Shown here one piece after another: positions 45,041 through 53,636 of a stretch of DNA of 54,020 nt. The position numbers and the translations under genes are program-made. Source of the stretch: a virus (Duplodnaviria > Caudoviricetes); the IMG/VR virus record IMGVR_UViG_3300045410_000054, positions 1-54,020 of that record; one strand, written 5' to 3'. The notes beneath the pieces were generated by a model. It had not been told where the DNA came from and searched no databases. It worked only from the letters and a program-made list of their open reading frames with translations. Positions within the stretch are counted from its first letter, which is position 1; each line of letters opens with the position of its first letter.

Positions 45041-45252
45041 TGGACTGGCTGGTTATCACCGTGCTGCTGGCCGTGGGCCTGGCGGTCGGGTTCAGCATCA
45101 GCGCCGCCGCGACCGGCCTTTGGGGTGCTGCCAGGGTGGCGATAGGGGTCGTTCTGGTCTTCACCGTGTTCGCCCTGGGCCTCAGCGTCGCGTTCCTGTA
45201 CGAGGATGCGCATCCGCGGCAGTGCCAGGACGTTGATCGGAGTGAGCCATGA
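45037..45252 (+). CDS. membrane protein
   Basis: Two TM segments. Confidence 0.55.
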   Translation: MMDWLVITVLLAVGLAVGFSISAAATGLWGAARVAIGVVLVFTVFALGLSVAFLYEDAHPRQCQDVDRSEP

Positions 45253-45737
45253 CGCTGGCGGAGTTTGTGCTCGCCCGGCGGGCCGAGGTTGAGCGGCTGG
45301 CCAGGCGTGCCGACACGCTGCAGCGCTGGCAGGCGGTGACTAACGCCCCATACGGGCCACAAGTCCGCGTCGGCGACGGCCCCGACATCGGCGACCAGGA
45401 GCCGGAGTGGCGGCGAGACGTGAACGTCCAGGTGTGGCAGTGCGATGACGAGCAGGACGGCTGCCCGGACATGGCCCGGGGGTGGATAGCGGAGGCTGAG
45501 CACATCGCCGCCCACGACCCGGACCGGGTGCTGCGCCGGGTGGAGGCCGATCGGCAGATCGTTGCGCTGCATCACCTCCTTGAGTACCGCGGCCCGGGCG
45601 ACCCGCCCGGGTGTGCCGTCTGCTCTTGGCGTGATGACCAGGATGAGCTGCACGGGGACTGGCCGTGCCCGACGCTGCGCCTGCTCGGGGTGGTCGACGA
45701 CGACCACCCCGACTACCGGCCGGAGTGGCGGCCCTAA
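45249..45737 (+). CDS. DUF6221-like protein
   Basis: LAEFVLAR, HIAAHDPDRVLRRVEA, HPDYRPEWRP. Confidence 0.75.
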   Translation: MTLAEFVLARRAEVERLARRADTLQRWQAVTNAPYGPQVRVGDGPDIGDQEPEWRRDVNVQVWQCDDEQDGCPDMARGWIAEAEHIAAHDPDRVLRRVEADRQIVALHHLLEYRGPGDPPGCAVCSWRDDQDELHGDWPCPTLRLLGVVDDDHPDYRPEWRP

Positions 45738-46000
45738 AGGGCGAGGGCGGCTCTGCAAAGGCGGGCGGCTGCGTCGCCCTTCCCGGTCAGCCGGTAGTAG
45801 CGGCGACGCGGCCGGCGGACGGACTGCGGCGCCACGTCCTCCGCGGCGGAGTCGACCCAGCCGGCGCGCTCCAGCCGGGCCAGGATCGGGTACATCGTCC
45901 CGGATTGCAGGCCGGTCTCCCGCATCAGCTCCAGGCCGTACCGGGGCTGCGGGTCCAGGAGGGCGGCGAGGACCTTCGCCGTGGCTACAGTCACGTGCAC
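45734..46000 (-). CDS. PadR-family regulator
   Basis: YGLEL...GLQSGTMYPILARLERAGWV...RRRYYRLT. Confidence 0.88.
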   Translation of the reverse strand: MHVTVATAKVLAALLDPQPRYGLELMRETGLQSGTMYPILARLERAGWVDSAAEDVAPQSVRRPRRRYYRLTGKGDAAARLCRAALAL

Positions 46001-46135
46001 GAGCTCACTATACCAGGGTCTCTACATAGGGTCGGCCAGTCCGGAACCCGACAGCCGGCCGAGCCATCCGGATGACCCTCCCCACGCGCCACCCCGGCGA
46101 TCACTCTGGTGGCGGGAGAGGGGGGAGGCGTCGCC

Positions 46136-46387
46136 ATGCGGGCAGCGCTCTACGTGCCGCAGCGTGACCAGCTGGACCGGATCATCCGGCACCTGACCGA
46201 GGTGGCGCAGGGCCGCGGCTGGACGGTGGAGCATGTGGTGTGGCGGTGGCCGGATCTGGTGCGGGTGTGCGCGGACGGCGCGGCTGATGTTGGTCTGGTG
46301 ACGTCCCGGTCGGTGTTGCCGGCGGGCCGGTTGCCGCGGTTGGTGGCCGCGGACGAGCTGGTCCGCTGGCGACCGAGGTGGGCGTAG
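46136..46387 (+). CDS. small degenerate resolvase-fold-like protein
   Basis: MRAALY...AQGRGWTVEHV resembles a serine-recombinase N-terminus without the RxS nucleophile. Confidence 0.45.
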   Translation: MRAALYVPQRDQLDRIIRHLTEVAQGRGWTVEHVVWRWPDLVRVCADGAADVGLVTSRSVLPAGRLPRLVAADELVRWRPRWA

Positions 46388-46557
46388 ACTCTGACCGTTG
46401 TCAGCGCGCCCCCAAAACTGAATAGGTCTTCCCATTTAGGGGCACCGTGGGAGCGGGTTGGGATGTCCGGCCCCCGGTCTACGATCGGCCCGAGCCGGCG
46501 GGCGCCAGCAGCCCCCAAGGCTGGCCCGCGCTACACCACACCGCCCCGACACGATGA

Positions 46558-46593
46558 GACCCCGGCAGTCAGCTACGGCTGGCTGCCGGGGTC
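46558..46593. terminator. hairpin downstream of the leftward cassette
   Basis: GACCCCGGCAGTCAGC-TACG-GCTGGCTGCCGGGGTC. Confidence 0.75.
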
Positions 46594-46618
46594 GCCTTGC
46601 GTGTGCGGCAGCGTTGCC

Positions 46619-46816
46619 TCACCGGCGGCCGTCCCGGATCTGGTAGGCGCGGCGAATGGTGATCCCGGCAGTCTCAGCCACCTGCCGCCGGTTGACCCCC
46701 TCCGCGCGCATCGCGTTGGCGACCGCCCGCCGCCAGTTGGTTTCGCGCCGGTCCATCTCGGCCCGCGCCCGGGCGCGGCTGCGGGTGACCTCCTCGACCA
46801 ACTCCAGCCAGTCCAC
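46619..46816 (-). CDS. small HTH protein
   Basis: GVNRRQVAETAGITIRRAYQI. Confidence 0.75.
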   Translation of the reverse strand: MDWLELVEEVTRSRARARAEMDRRETNWRRAVANAMRAEGVNRRQVAETAGITIRRAYQIRDGRR

Positions 46817-47068
46817 TCAGCACCCCCCACGGTAGGACTGCCGCTGACCGGACGGGTCGGGGATCATGTTCTCGCCGGGGAAGTCGATGACCAGCTCACG
46901 CTCCCCGTCCACGATGCGGACGATGCCGCCCTCGTCTCCGTCGAAGTCGACGTTGGACTCCGGCCGGAAGGTCGACAGCACGTGCGCCTCAGCGGCGGCA
47001 TCGTCGCGCGCTTCGAACGGCTCGGACTCGAAGCCGCATCCCTCGAAGTAGATGTAGGTCTGTGTCAT
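46817..47068 (-). CDS. small acidic hypothetical protein (leaderless)
   Basis: ATG 6 nt after the -10 box. Confidence 0.65.
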   Translation of the reverse strand: MTQTYIYFEGCGFESEPFEARDDAAAEAHVLSTFRPESNVDFDGDEGGIVRIVDGERELVIDFPGENMIPDPSGQRQSYRGGC

Positions 47069-47074
47069 GCCCCT

Positions 47075-47113
47075 ACTGTAGCGCGCTACAGGCCATGGGT
47101 CAAGCGCGCTACA
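47075..47113 (-). promoter_or_regulatory. promoter with palindromic operator
   Basis: TTGACC-N17-TACAGT; CTGTAGCGCGCTACAG 47076-47091 and a second copy AGCGCGCTACA 47103-47113. Confidence 0.8.
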
Positions 47114-47131
47114 TCACCCGAACGGGCGAAC

Positions 47132-47926
47132 TCAGACGCCACCCGGCGGCGGCAGCGCCAGCACCGCCGCGCGCATCGCCACATCCGACACCGCGGTGTA
47201 CACCGCCGTGGTCGCCGGAGACGCGTGGCCCAGCAGCTCCTGCGTCACCCTCAGATCCCTGACCGCCGCCTGGACGTGCGTGCCGAAGTAGTGCCGCAGC
47301 CGGTGCAACCCGCCGGCCACCCCCAGCCGGCGGAACTCGGCGGCGCCCGCGTGGGACACCTGCCACGGCGTCCGCCCGGCGGCGACCAGCCCGGCCGGCA
47401 ACCCGGCCACCGCCGCCCACACCGCCGGGTGGGTGGGCACGCTGCGCTGCCGGTCGCCCTTGCCGTGCAGCCGGGTGCTCTGCTCGCTCACGTCGCCCCG
47501 GTCCAGCCGGGCGATCTCGCAACACCGCGCGCCGGAGTAGGCGGCGATCAGCGCCCACGTCCTGACCGGCTCGGCCGCATCCTCGAGGATCAGCGCGAGC
47601 TCGTGGTGCTCGACCGGCCGGGGCAGCCTGCGCGGCCGCTTTATCCTCGGCAGGTCGGCGGCCGGGTTGGCGCCGCGGAGCCGCCGCGACGCGCACACCC
47701 AGCGGTAGAAGGAGGCCAGGGCGGCGCGGTAGGCGCCGCGGGTGGCCAGGCTGGGGTGGGTGCCGAGCCAGGCGACCAGCTCCTCCGGCAGCGCCTGGCC
47801 GAGGCCGTGGGGCAGCTCCCGCGACGCGCGGGTGAGCACGCACCGGTAGGTGTCGCGGGTGGTGGCGGGGTGGCCGACGGCAGCCAGGTGGTCCAGCCAG
47901 GCGTTGATGTGGGGGGTGTCGTCCAT
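47132..47926 (-). CDS. int: tyrosine integrase/recombinase (short, Xer-like)
   Basis: YSGARCCE, GKGDRQR, HRLRH, LLGH, AVYT. Confidence 0.92.
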   Translation of the reverse strand: MDDTPHINAWLDHLAAVGHPATTRDTYRCVLTRASRELPHGLGQALPEELVAWLGTHPSLATRGAYRAALASFYRWVCASRRLRGANPAADLPRIKRPRRLPRPVEHHELALILEDAAEPVRTWALIAAYSGARCCEIARLDRGDVSEQSTRLHGKGDRQRSVPTHPAVWAAVAGLPAGLVAAGRTPWQVSHAGAAEFRRLGVAGGLHRLRHYFGTHVQAAVRDLRVTQELLGHASPATTAVYTAVSDVAMRAAVLALPPPGGV

Positions 47927-47994
47927 GCCCGGACACTCGAGCTGGCCGGGTGTGCCGGGTCGCACGCGGGGTGTGGTGGCCACCCGGGTGGGTG

Positions 47995-48444
47995 TCATCC
48001 GTGTTGCCATGCGGGTCTGCGCGTCCGGCCGGTTGCGGTGGTGGCGGTGGGTCGGCGGGTTGTCCGGGTGGTGGATGCTGGTGCGGTACGTACGGCTGAG
48101 CTGGCGGGGTGGGTGTTGGCGCGGTGGCTCATACTTTCGGTCAGCGTCCCGGAACGATGATTAAGGTCGCGGGGGTGTCGGCGCTCGGTTGCCAGCTGGC
48201 CGCCGCGTAGCAGCCATAGCAGGTCGACCCCCAGCCCCTCGCTGATCTTCTCCGCCGTGTCGACCTTGTCCCGCGGCTGCACGCCACGTTCCCAGTTGGC
48301 CCAGTTCTCGCGGCTCAGGCCGCACTTCTCGGCCGCGTCGCTGTAGGTCAAGTTCCCGGCGTGCAGCCGCGCGAGCATCAGCCTTGCGGCGAACGTGTCG
48401 GCCGGGATGCTCCGCGAGCCGACCGCCGTATCCGTCGATGTCAT
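47995..48444 (-). CDS. immunity repressor (XRE HTH) with low-complexity C-tail
   Basis: LTYSDAAEKCGLSRENWANWERG; divergent from the cro-like gene. Confidence 0.85.
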   Translation of the reverse strand: MTSTDTAVGSRSIPADTFAARLMLARLHAGNLTYSDAAEKCGLSRENWANWERGVQPRDKVDTAEKISEGLGVDLLWLLRGGQLATERRHPRDLNHRSGTLTESMSHRANTHPASSAVRTAPASTTRTTRRPTATTATGRTRRPAWQHG

Positions 48445-48573
48445 GGAAACAGCTTTACATGACGGGTGGATACCCGACAAGACCCCACGAGCCCTTCGGG
48501 CGGGAACAAGTACCCGAAAAGGTGACGCGCGTCCCCTTGCGCGACAGAGTTCCCGTGGTGGAAACTCAGTCCC

Positions 48574-48792
48574 ATGACGGACACTCAGACCCGCTTACAG
48601 CGGTTGATCAGTGAGCGTCTGGAGGTGCCGGTCGCCGACTTCGTCACCGAGTGGCGGGGGTACGGAGCCTCTTGGCGGAGGATCGCCCTGGCGATCGAGC
48701 AGCGGACAGGCATCGAGGTCAGCCACACCGGGCTGAGGAAGTGGTTCATCGAGCCACAGCCCGCCGACGAGCCGAGCGGGGCCGGACGGTGA
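48574..48792 (+). CDS. Cro-like HTH protein
   Basis: SWRRIA...VSHTGLRKW; divergent from the repressor. Confidence 0.75.
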   Translation: MTDTQTRLQRLISERLEVPVADFVTEWRGYGASWRRIALAIEQRTGIEVSHTGLRKWFIEPQPADEPSGAGR

Positions 48793-49592
48793 GCGACCTC
48801 GAAGTCCACCCGGTCGCTGACCTGTTCCCGATGCTCGCCGATGACGAGCTGGCCGAACTGGCGGCCGACATCAAGGCGCGCGGCCAGCTACAGCCGATCG
48901 TCCTGGACGCCGACGGCCGGATCATCGACGGCCGGAACCGGCTCGCCGCGTGCGAGCTGGCCGGGGTCGAACCGGAGTTCTCCACGTACGACGGTGACGA
49001 CCCGGGCGGGTACGCGCTCGCGGTGAACATCGCACGCCGGCACCTGACCAAGGGTCAGCAGGCGATGGTCGCAGCAAAAGCGGGCCGTGTTTTGAAACAA
49101 AACACTGTCCGTGCAGCTGCTGCCGACCAGAAGGTTAGCGCTGCCCGGTTGTCCTACGCCGGAACGGTTCTGGAGTTCGCGACGGAGCTAGCCGACGCGG
49201 TCATCACCGGGGCGATGGGGCTCGACAAGGCATACGAGGTTGCACGGGAACGGAAGACCGCCGCCGACTCCACCGAGGCTCAGTTGGCCCGACTCCGTGC
49301 CGAAGACCCCGAACTGGCGGACAAGGTCGTTGAGGGTGAGCTGACCCTCCCGGGTGCGTGGGCCGAACGCAAAGCGCGCGCCGAAGAGGAGCAGCGCCGA
49401 CGGCGCGTCGCGACACACCTGCTTTGCGAGAACCTCGTCTCGCTCGCCCAGGCCAACGGGTTCGACCTTGGCCAGCGGTATGACCCTGCCGAGGCTCTGC
49501 CCGGCCGGGCAGTAACCAGCCAGACCATCGCCGGCGCTCAGACCGCGCTCGACGAGTTGGCCGCCACATGGAAGAAGCGTGACCTACCGTGA
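48789..49592 (+). CDS. ParB/Srx-domain protein
   Basis: HPVADLFP...LAADIKARGQLQPI...IIDGRNRLAAC. Confidence 0.88.
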   Translation: MSDLEVHPVADLFPMLADDELAELAADIKARGQLQPIVLDADGRIIDGRNRLAACELAGVEPEFSTYDGDDPGGYALAVNIARRHLTKGQQAMVAAKAGRVLKQNTVRAAAADQKVSAARLSYAGTVLEFATELADAVITGAMGLDKAYEVARERKTAADSTEAQLARLRAEDPELADKVVEGELTLPGAWAERKARAEEEQRRRRVATHLLCENLVSLAQANGFDLGQRYDPAEALPGRAVTSQTIAGAQTALDELAATWKKRDLP

Positions 49593-50134
49593 GCAACGCC
49601 GACACCCGACTGTGGGAGATCATCGAACAGGCCGCCCGGGCGGTGACCGACCCGGACACCGGCCACTTCGATCAGAAGGCGTTCGTCGATGAACTGCGCG
49701 CTAGGATCACCGCCGACAACGTCTCCCCCGACGTACGGGCCGCGACCCTGGACGAGACCGCGAAGCGGCTCGCCGACTCCTTCGTCAACCGGCGCAAGCC
49801 GAAGCAGCGCGCCAACGGCGCCCTGTTCGACCCTGGCGCGGTGCTGCCCCTCGGCGACGGTAAGCGCGTCTGGATGGACACGGCCACAGCCGCCGACCTG
49901 ATCGCTTGGGCCGGGCTGGAGGCCAAGAACGCGGCTCGCATCCTTGCCGCCGCTGGGCGGCGGCAGGAGTATGCGGCCGATCGGCTCGTCAGCATGCGAG
50001 CACATCCCGGCTGGCTGCTCGGTCGGGTCGAGCGCGAGGTCTACGGCTGGGCGGAAGGCGACACGCCCGCCGACTACGACGAAGACGACGACGATCCCGA
50101 GCCGACCGCCGAGCCGGCGGGGGGCCAGCGATGA
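49589..50134 (+). CDS. hypothetical protein coupled to ParB
   Basis: GTGA overlap. Confidence 0.65.
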   Translation: MSNADTRLWEIIEQAARAVTDPDTGHFDQKAFVDELRARITADNVSPDVRAATLDETAKRLADSFVNRRKPKQRANGALFDPGAVLPLGDGKRVWMDTATAADLIAWAGLEAKNAARILAAAGRRQEYAADRLVSMRAHPGWLLGRVEREVYGWAEGDTPADYDEDDDDPEPTAEPAGGQR

Positions 50135-50340
50135 GCGCCCGTCCGGAGTACCAGCGCGCGGCCCGCGCGCGCGATCGGCTTCGGCGGCTCGCCAAGGCGA
50201 TGGAGCGCGCTGGCCTGCGACCGCCGGACAGCACAACTACCTGCCCGCTGTGCCTGGAGACCGAACTGCTGCACCAGGCGTATCAGCTCGCCACCGCGAC
50301 CACCGAGCCCGCGGCCGAGCCGGCGGGGGGCCAGCGATGA
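50131..50340 (+). CDS. hypothetical protein
   Basis: Flanked by 34-bp repeats; CPLC. Confidence 0.55.
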   Translation: MSARPEYQRAARARDRLRRLAKAMERAGLRPPDSTTTCPLCLETELLHQAYQLATATTEPAAEPAGGQR

Positions 50341-50960
50341 GCGCCCGCGTCGAGGGCCACGGACCCGACCAGCCATGCCAGCGGACCTCATGCTCCGGCC
50401 CAGCCGGACACCCGGCCGGCCGGCACCTGGACCCGCGTGACGAGCTGTACGACGGCCCCCACCCGACCCTCCAGATCCTCCCGCTGGCGGTGCGCGACTC
50501 CGCCCGGAAGATCGTCCAGGAGGCCCCGGCGCTAACCCCCGAAGTGATCGACATGGCCCGGGAGATCGTCCGGCTCCGCGACCAGGTGGTGGCCGTGCGG
50601 GTGGACCGCGACCGCCGGGAGCGGACCGCGCTGCTGCGCGCGGAGTCGTGCGAGCAGCACGGTAAGGACATCCAGCGGCTAGGCCAGCAGATCACCGCGC
50701 TGGACCGGTCCGAGCAGGCCACCGAACGGGGGCGGATGGCGCTGGTCGGCCTACTCCACGTGATCGAGGATTTCGTGGTCAAGTACCGGCGGGGAGGGTT
50801 CTCCGGCGAGCTGACGGCTCAGAGCCTGGTGGACGAGCTGGACAAGGCCGCCCGGAAGGCGAGCGCCGCCCACATGAGGGCGTGGAAGCCGCCCGCGTCG
50901 AGATCCAGCTCGACGGCGGTGGCCGCGGCACCCGACGTGCCGGCCGGGGGTGTCCGGTGA
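50337..50960 (+). CDS. hypothetical coiled-coil protein
   Basis: Coupled ORF. Confidence 0.6.
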   Translation: MSARVEGHGPDQPCQRTSCSGPAGHPAGRHLDPRDELYDGPHPTLQILPLAVRDSARKIVQEAPALTPEVIDMAREIVRLRDQVVAVRVDRDRRERTALLRAESCEQHGKDIQRLGQQITALDRSEQATERGRMALVGLLHVIEDFVVKYRRGGFSGELTAQSLVDELDKAARKASAAHMRAWKPPASRSSSTAVAAAPDVPAGGVR

Positions 50961-51067
50961 GCCGCTGGCTGACCGCCGCGCTGATCACCGTCGGGGTGTG
51001 GCTCATCTACACCGCCGCGTTCCTCGCAGCCCTGGCGCTGATCGACATCGCCGGTGGTGGGTCATGA
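50957..51067 (+). CDS. membrane peptide
   Basis: Single TM segment. Confidence 0.45.
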   Translation: MSRWLTAALITVGVWLIYTAAFLAALALIDIAGGGS

Positions 51068-51288
51068 CCGCCGTCCGCGTCACCCACGAAGACCTGGAGA
51101 CCGGCCAGACAACCACCTTCGTGCTCCCCCCCGGCAACTACGCCGTGATCGTCGCCGAGCCGTGCCACCTCGCGCATGAGCAGCACTACGCCACCGGCAC
51201 CAGCGTCATCACAATCAAGGGCCGGGCGCCGGACCTGATGGCCACCCGCGAGATTCAGCACACCGAGCCGGCTGGTGGTGGGTCATGA
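51064..51288 (+). CDS. hypothetical protein
   Basis: Flanked by 21-bp repeats. Confidence 0.6.
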   Translation: MTAVRVTHEDLETGQTTTFVLPPGNYAVIVAEPCHLAHEQHYATGTSVITIKGRAPDLMATREIQHTEPAGGGS

Positions 51289-51476
51289 CCGCCGCGCTGA
51301 TCGGCTGGTCGCTGGCCGGCTGGGCACTGGTCGCCGCCGGGCTGATCCTGGCCACGGCCACCGCCCTGACCGCGCTGCCCCGGCCCAACCCTGACCCGGA
51401 CCGCGACCCTCATGACGGCTGGCCGAAGCCCACACCCCACCCGGGCGGACCCGACGGACCGAGGTGGTCACGATGA
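51285..51476 (+). CDS. small membrane protein
   Basis: Single TM segment. Confidence 0.5.
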   Translation: MTAALIGWSLAGWALVAAGLILATATALTALPRPNPDPDRDPHDGWPKPTPHPGGPDGPRWSR

Positions 51477-52174
51477 GCATCAGGAGCACCCTGCGTCGAA
51501 CCCCAGTCCGACCAGTCAACGCCGTCCAGCAGGTGGTTCCCGACGGCTTCGCGGAGACGCTCCGGCTGCTGCGGCACAACCGGGACCCGCGGCTGCCGAT
51601 GGCCCTGTGCCTAGCAGCACAGGAGGGCTGGACCTACGTGGCCCTCGCCCAGCCGCTCGGGGTTAGCCGCGAACGGGTCCGGCAGCTCGCCAACGGCGCA
51701 ACCGGGCACGCCCACGGCGTGGACATCCCACCGCCGCCACACAAGCCAGATCCGCCGACGACGACGGCTCCGCCCACGCTGGGCAGACAGGAAGTGAGCC
51801 GGCTCCGGCGAATGCGCAGGGCCGTCAGTGCGGTCAACGGGGGGACCCCGGCCGACGATCCGCTGCGGTACCTGTCGACGCAGTTCACCGCAGAGCTGGC
51901 CGCAGCTCATGCCCGTGGCGTGTCCGTCTACATGATTGGTAAGCAGCTCGGCGTTACGCACGGGGCGATCCGGTTCCGCCTCGGCCGGCACGGCTACCTG
52001 CCTCTGCCGCCGTCGATGCGACACCAGCAGTACAAGGGAGCTACGAACAAGCGCTCCAACTGTAAGCACGGCCACCCGTTGTCCGGTGTCAACCTGGGCG
52101 TGACCCGCAGCGGACGCCGGTGGTGCCGAGCGTGCAGCCGAATCCGTAAAGCCCGTCTGGCGGGTGTCCGATGA
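51473..52174 (+). CDS. double-HTH protein with C-terminal CxxGH...CxxC zinc module
   Basis: LGVSRERVRQL, LGVTHGAIRFRL, CKHGH...CRAC. Confidence 0.7.
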   Translation: MSIRSTLRRTPVRPVNAVQQVVPDGFAETLRLLRHNRDPRLPMALCLAAQEGWTYVALAQPLGVSRERVRQLANGATGHAHGVDIPPPPHKPDPPTTTAPPTLGRQEVSRLRRMRRAVSAVNGGTPADDPLRYLSTQFTAELAAAHARGVSVYMIGKQLGVTHGAIRFRLGRHGYLPLPPSMRHQQYKGATNKRSNCKHGHPLSGVNLGVTRSGRRWCRACSRIRKARLAGVR

Positions 52175-52542
52175 GCCGCGACCGGTCCCGCAAAGACCAC
52201 CCCGACTACCGCCGTGGCTACCGCGACGGGCGGCTCTACGGCACCGGCCACAACCACGGCCGCGCCGCCGCTGGCGGTAAGCCACCCCGGGGCTGCCTAC
52301 GGCGGCTGCTGCTGCTGCCGCTGCTCATCCCGCTGGCACTGGCCCGCCACCGGGCGACGGATCAGCGCGACCGGGCCGACTCCCACCCCGACCGGCTCGG
52401 CGCCCACCACCCGACCCGGCCACCGTTCGCCGGCGCCACCGGCCGGCCGCGGGGTGACTGGCACACCGACCGCGACGCCCCACCCGAGCACCAGGGGGGC
52501 GGACCCCGCCGGCCGCTGCGCGACAACTTGGAGGAGAAGTGA
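52171..52542 (+). CDS. hypothetical protein
   Basis: Coupled ORF. Confidence 0.45.
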   Translation: MSRDRSRKDHPDYRRGYRDGRLYGTGHNHGRAAAGGKPPRGCLRRLLLLPLLIPLALARHRATDQRDRADSHPDRLGAHHPTRPPFAGATGRPRGDWHTDRDAPPEHQGGGPRRPLRDNLEEK

Positions 52543-53033
52543 CCACCGACTTCACCCGGACCTGGACCATCCCCGACCGCCGGCCCAACTACGCCGGGCC
52601 GTGGGACGGCGAGCCCGACAAGGCCCAGTGGGTTGACCAGGACACCGGCCTGGACTGCCTGATCGTCCGCAACCGGTCCGGGGCGCTGTGCGGCTACGTC
52701 GGCGTCCCCGCCGGCCACCCGTGGCACGGCCAGGACTACGACAACGTGGACGCCGACGTGCACGGCGGGCTGACCTACGCCGCCCCGTGCCAGGAGAACG
52801 ACGCCGAGCATGGCATCTGTCACGTGCCCGAGCCCGGCCGGCCGGATGATGTGTGGTGGCTGGGCTTCGACTGCGCCCACTTCGGCGACCTGGTCCCGCG
52901 CTACGCCCCGATCTACTTCGGTGACCTCGCCCCGCGCTACCGGATGGAGCCGGAGCAGATCTACCGGGACGTGGCCTACGTGCGGGTGCAGTGCCAGCAG
53001 CTGGCCGCCTATGCCGCAGCGGTGGTGTCATGA
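52539..53033 (+). CDS. conserved phage protein (CGYV..HGGLTY..GFDCAH family)
   Basis: Recognisable motif set, function unknown. Confidence 0.75.
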   Translation: MTTDFTRTWTIPDRRPNYAGPWDGEPDKAQWVDQDTGLDCLIVRNRSGALCGYVGVPAGHPWHGQDYDNVDADVHGGLTYAAPCQENDAEHGICHVPEPGRPDDVWWLGFDCAHFGDLVPRYAPIYFGDLAPRYRMEPEQIYRDVAYVRVQCQQLAAYAAAVVS

Positions 53034-53416
53034 CCACCCAGACCCCGCCAGACCCCACCCAGGTCGCCCGCCAGCTCACCCCACCCATGCGCCGGGCACT
53101 ACGCGCCGCCGCCGCCGGAGACCTACGCCGCGACGAGCTGACCCACCCCGCCCGGCCGTACATCCATGGCTACGTCTACGCCTACCGGCTGAGCGGCACC
53201 ATCGACGCGCTACGCCGCCGCGGACTGATCCGCACCGGCGCCGTACGCGAGCCCGGCACCCGCTACTCCGCCTACGAGATCACCCCCGACGGCGCCGCCG
53301 TGCTCTCCGCGCTGGAGTCCCCCGACCGTGGCGGCACCACCATCGGCGAGGCGGCCGCCTTCCTGCTGCTCGTCGCCGCGCTGGTTGGCGTCGTGCTGCT
53401 CACGGGAAACTGGTGA
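53030..53416 (+). CDS. hypothetical winged-helix-like protein with C-terminal TM
   Basis: TIDALRRRGLI...YEITPDG. Confidence 0.55.
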   Translation: MTTQTPPDPTQVARQLTPPMRRALRAAAAGDLRRDELTHPARPYIHGYVYAYRLSGTIDALRRRGLIRTGAVREPGTRYSAYEITPDGAAVLSALESPDRGGTTIGEAAAFLLLVAALVGVVLLTGNW

Positions 53417-53636
53417 CGGCCATGGCTGGAGTCAGCTCTTGCGCCTGGGTGCGGGACGATGCCGTGGCATACGTGCCCGGAATGATGGCGCTGCTCAATG
53501 CAGGCCCAGGGTCGCCGTACCGCCCGCTGCCGCTTGCGGCCGGCCCCATCTGTGACCAGTGCTGGATGCGGCTCAGGAGCGTCACGCCGGTCGGCGGGTA
53601 CGGCCGGATCCGCAGTTGCCCCCACGGCGGTGCGTC

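Noticed and set aside
48140-48185. tRNA-derived attP core inside the repressor gene (AAGGTCGCGGG)
   Set aside because: Match too short and lacks the TTCGA T-loop
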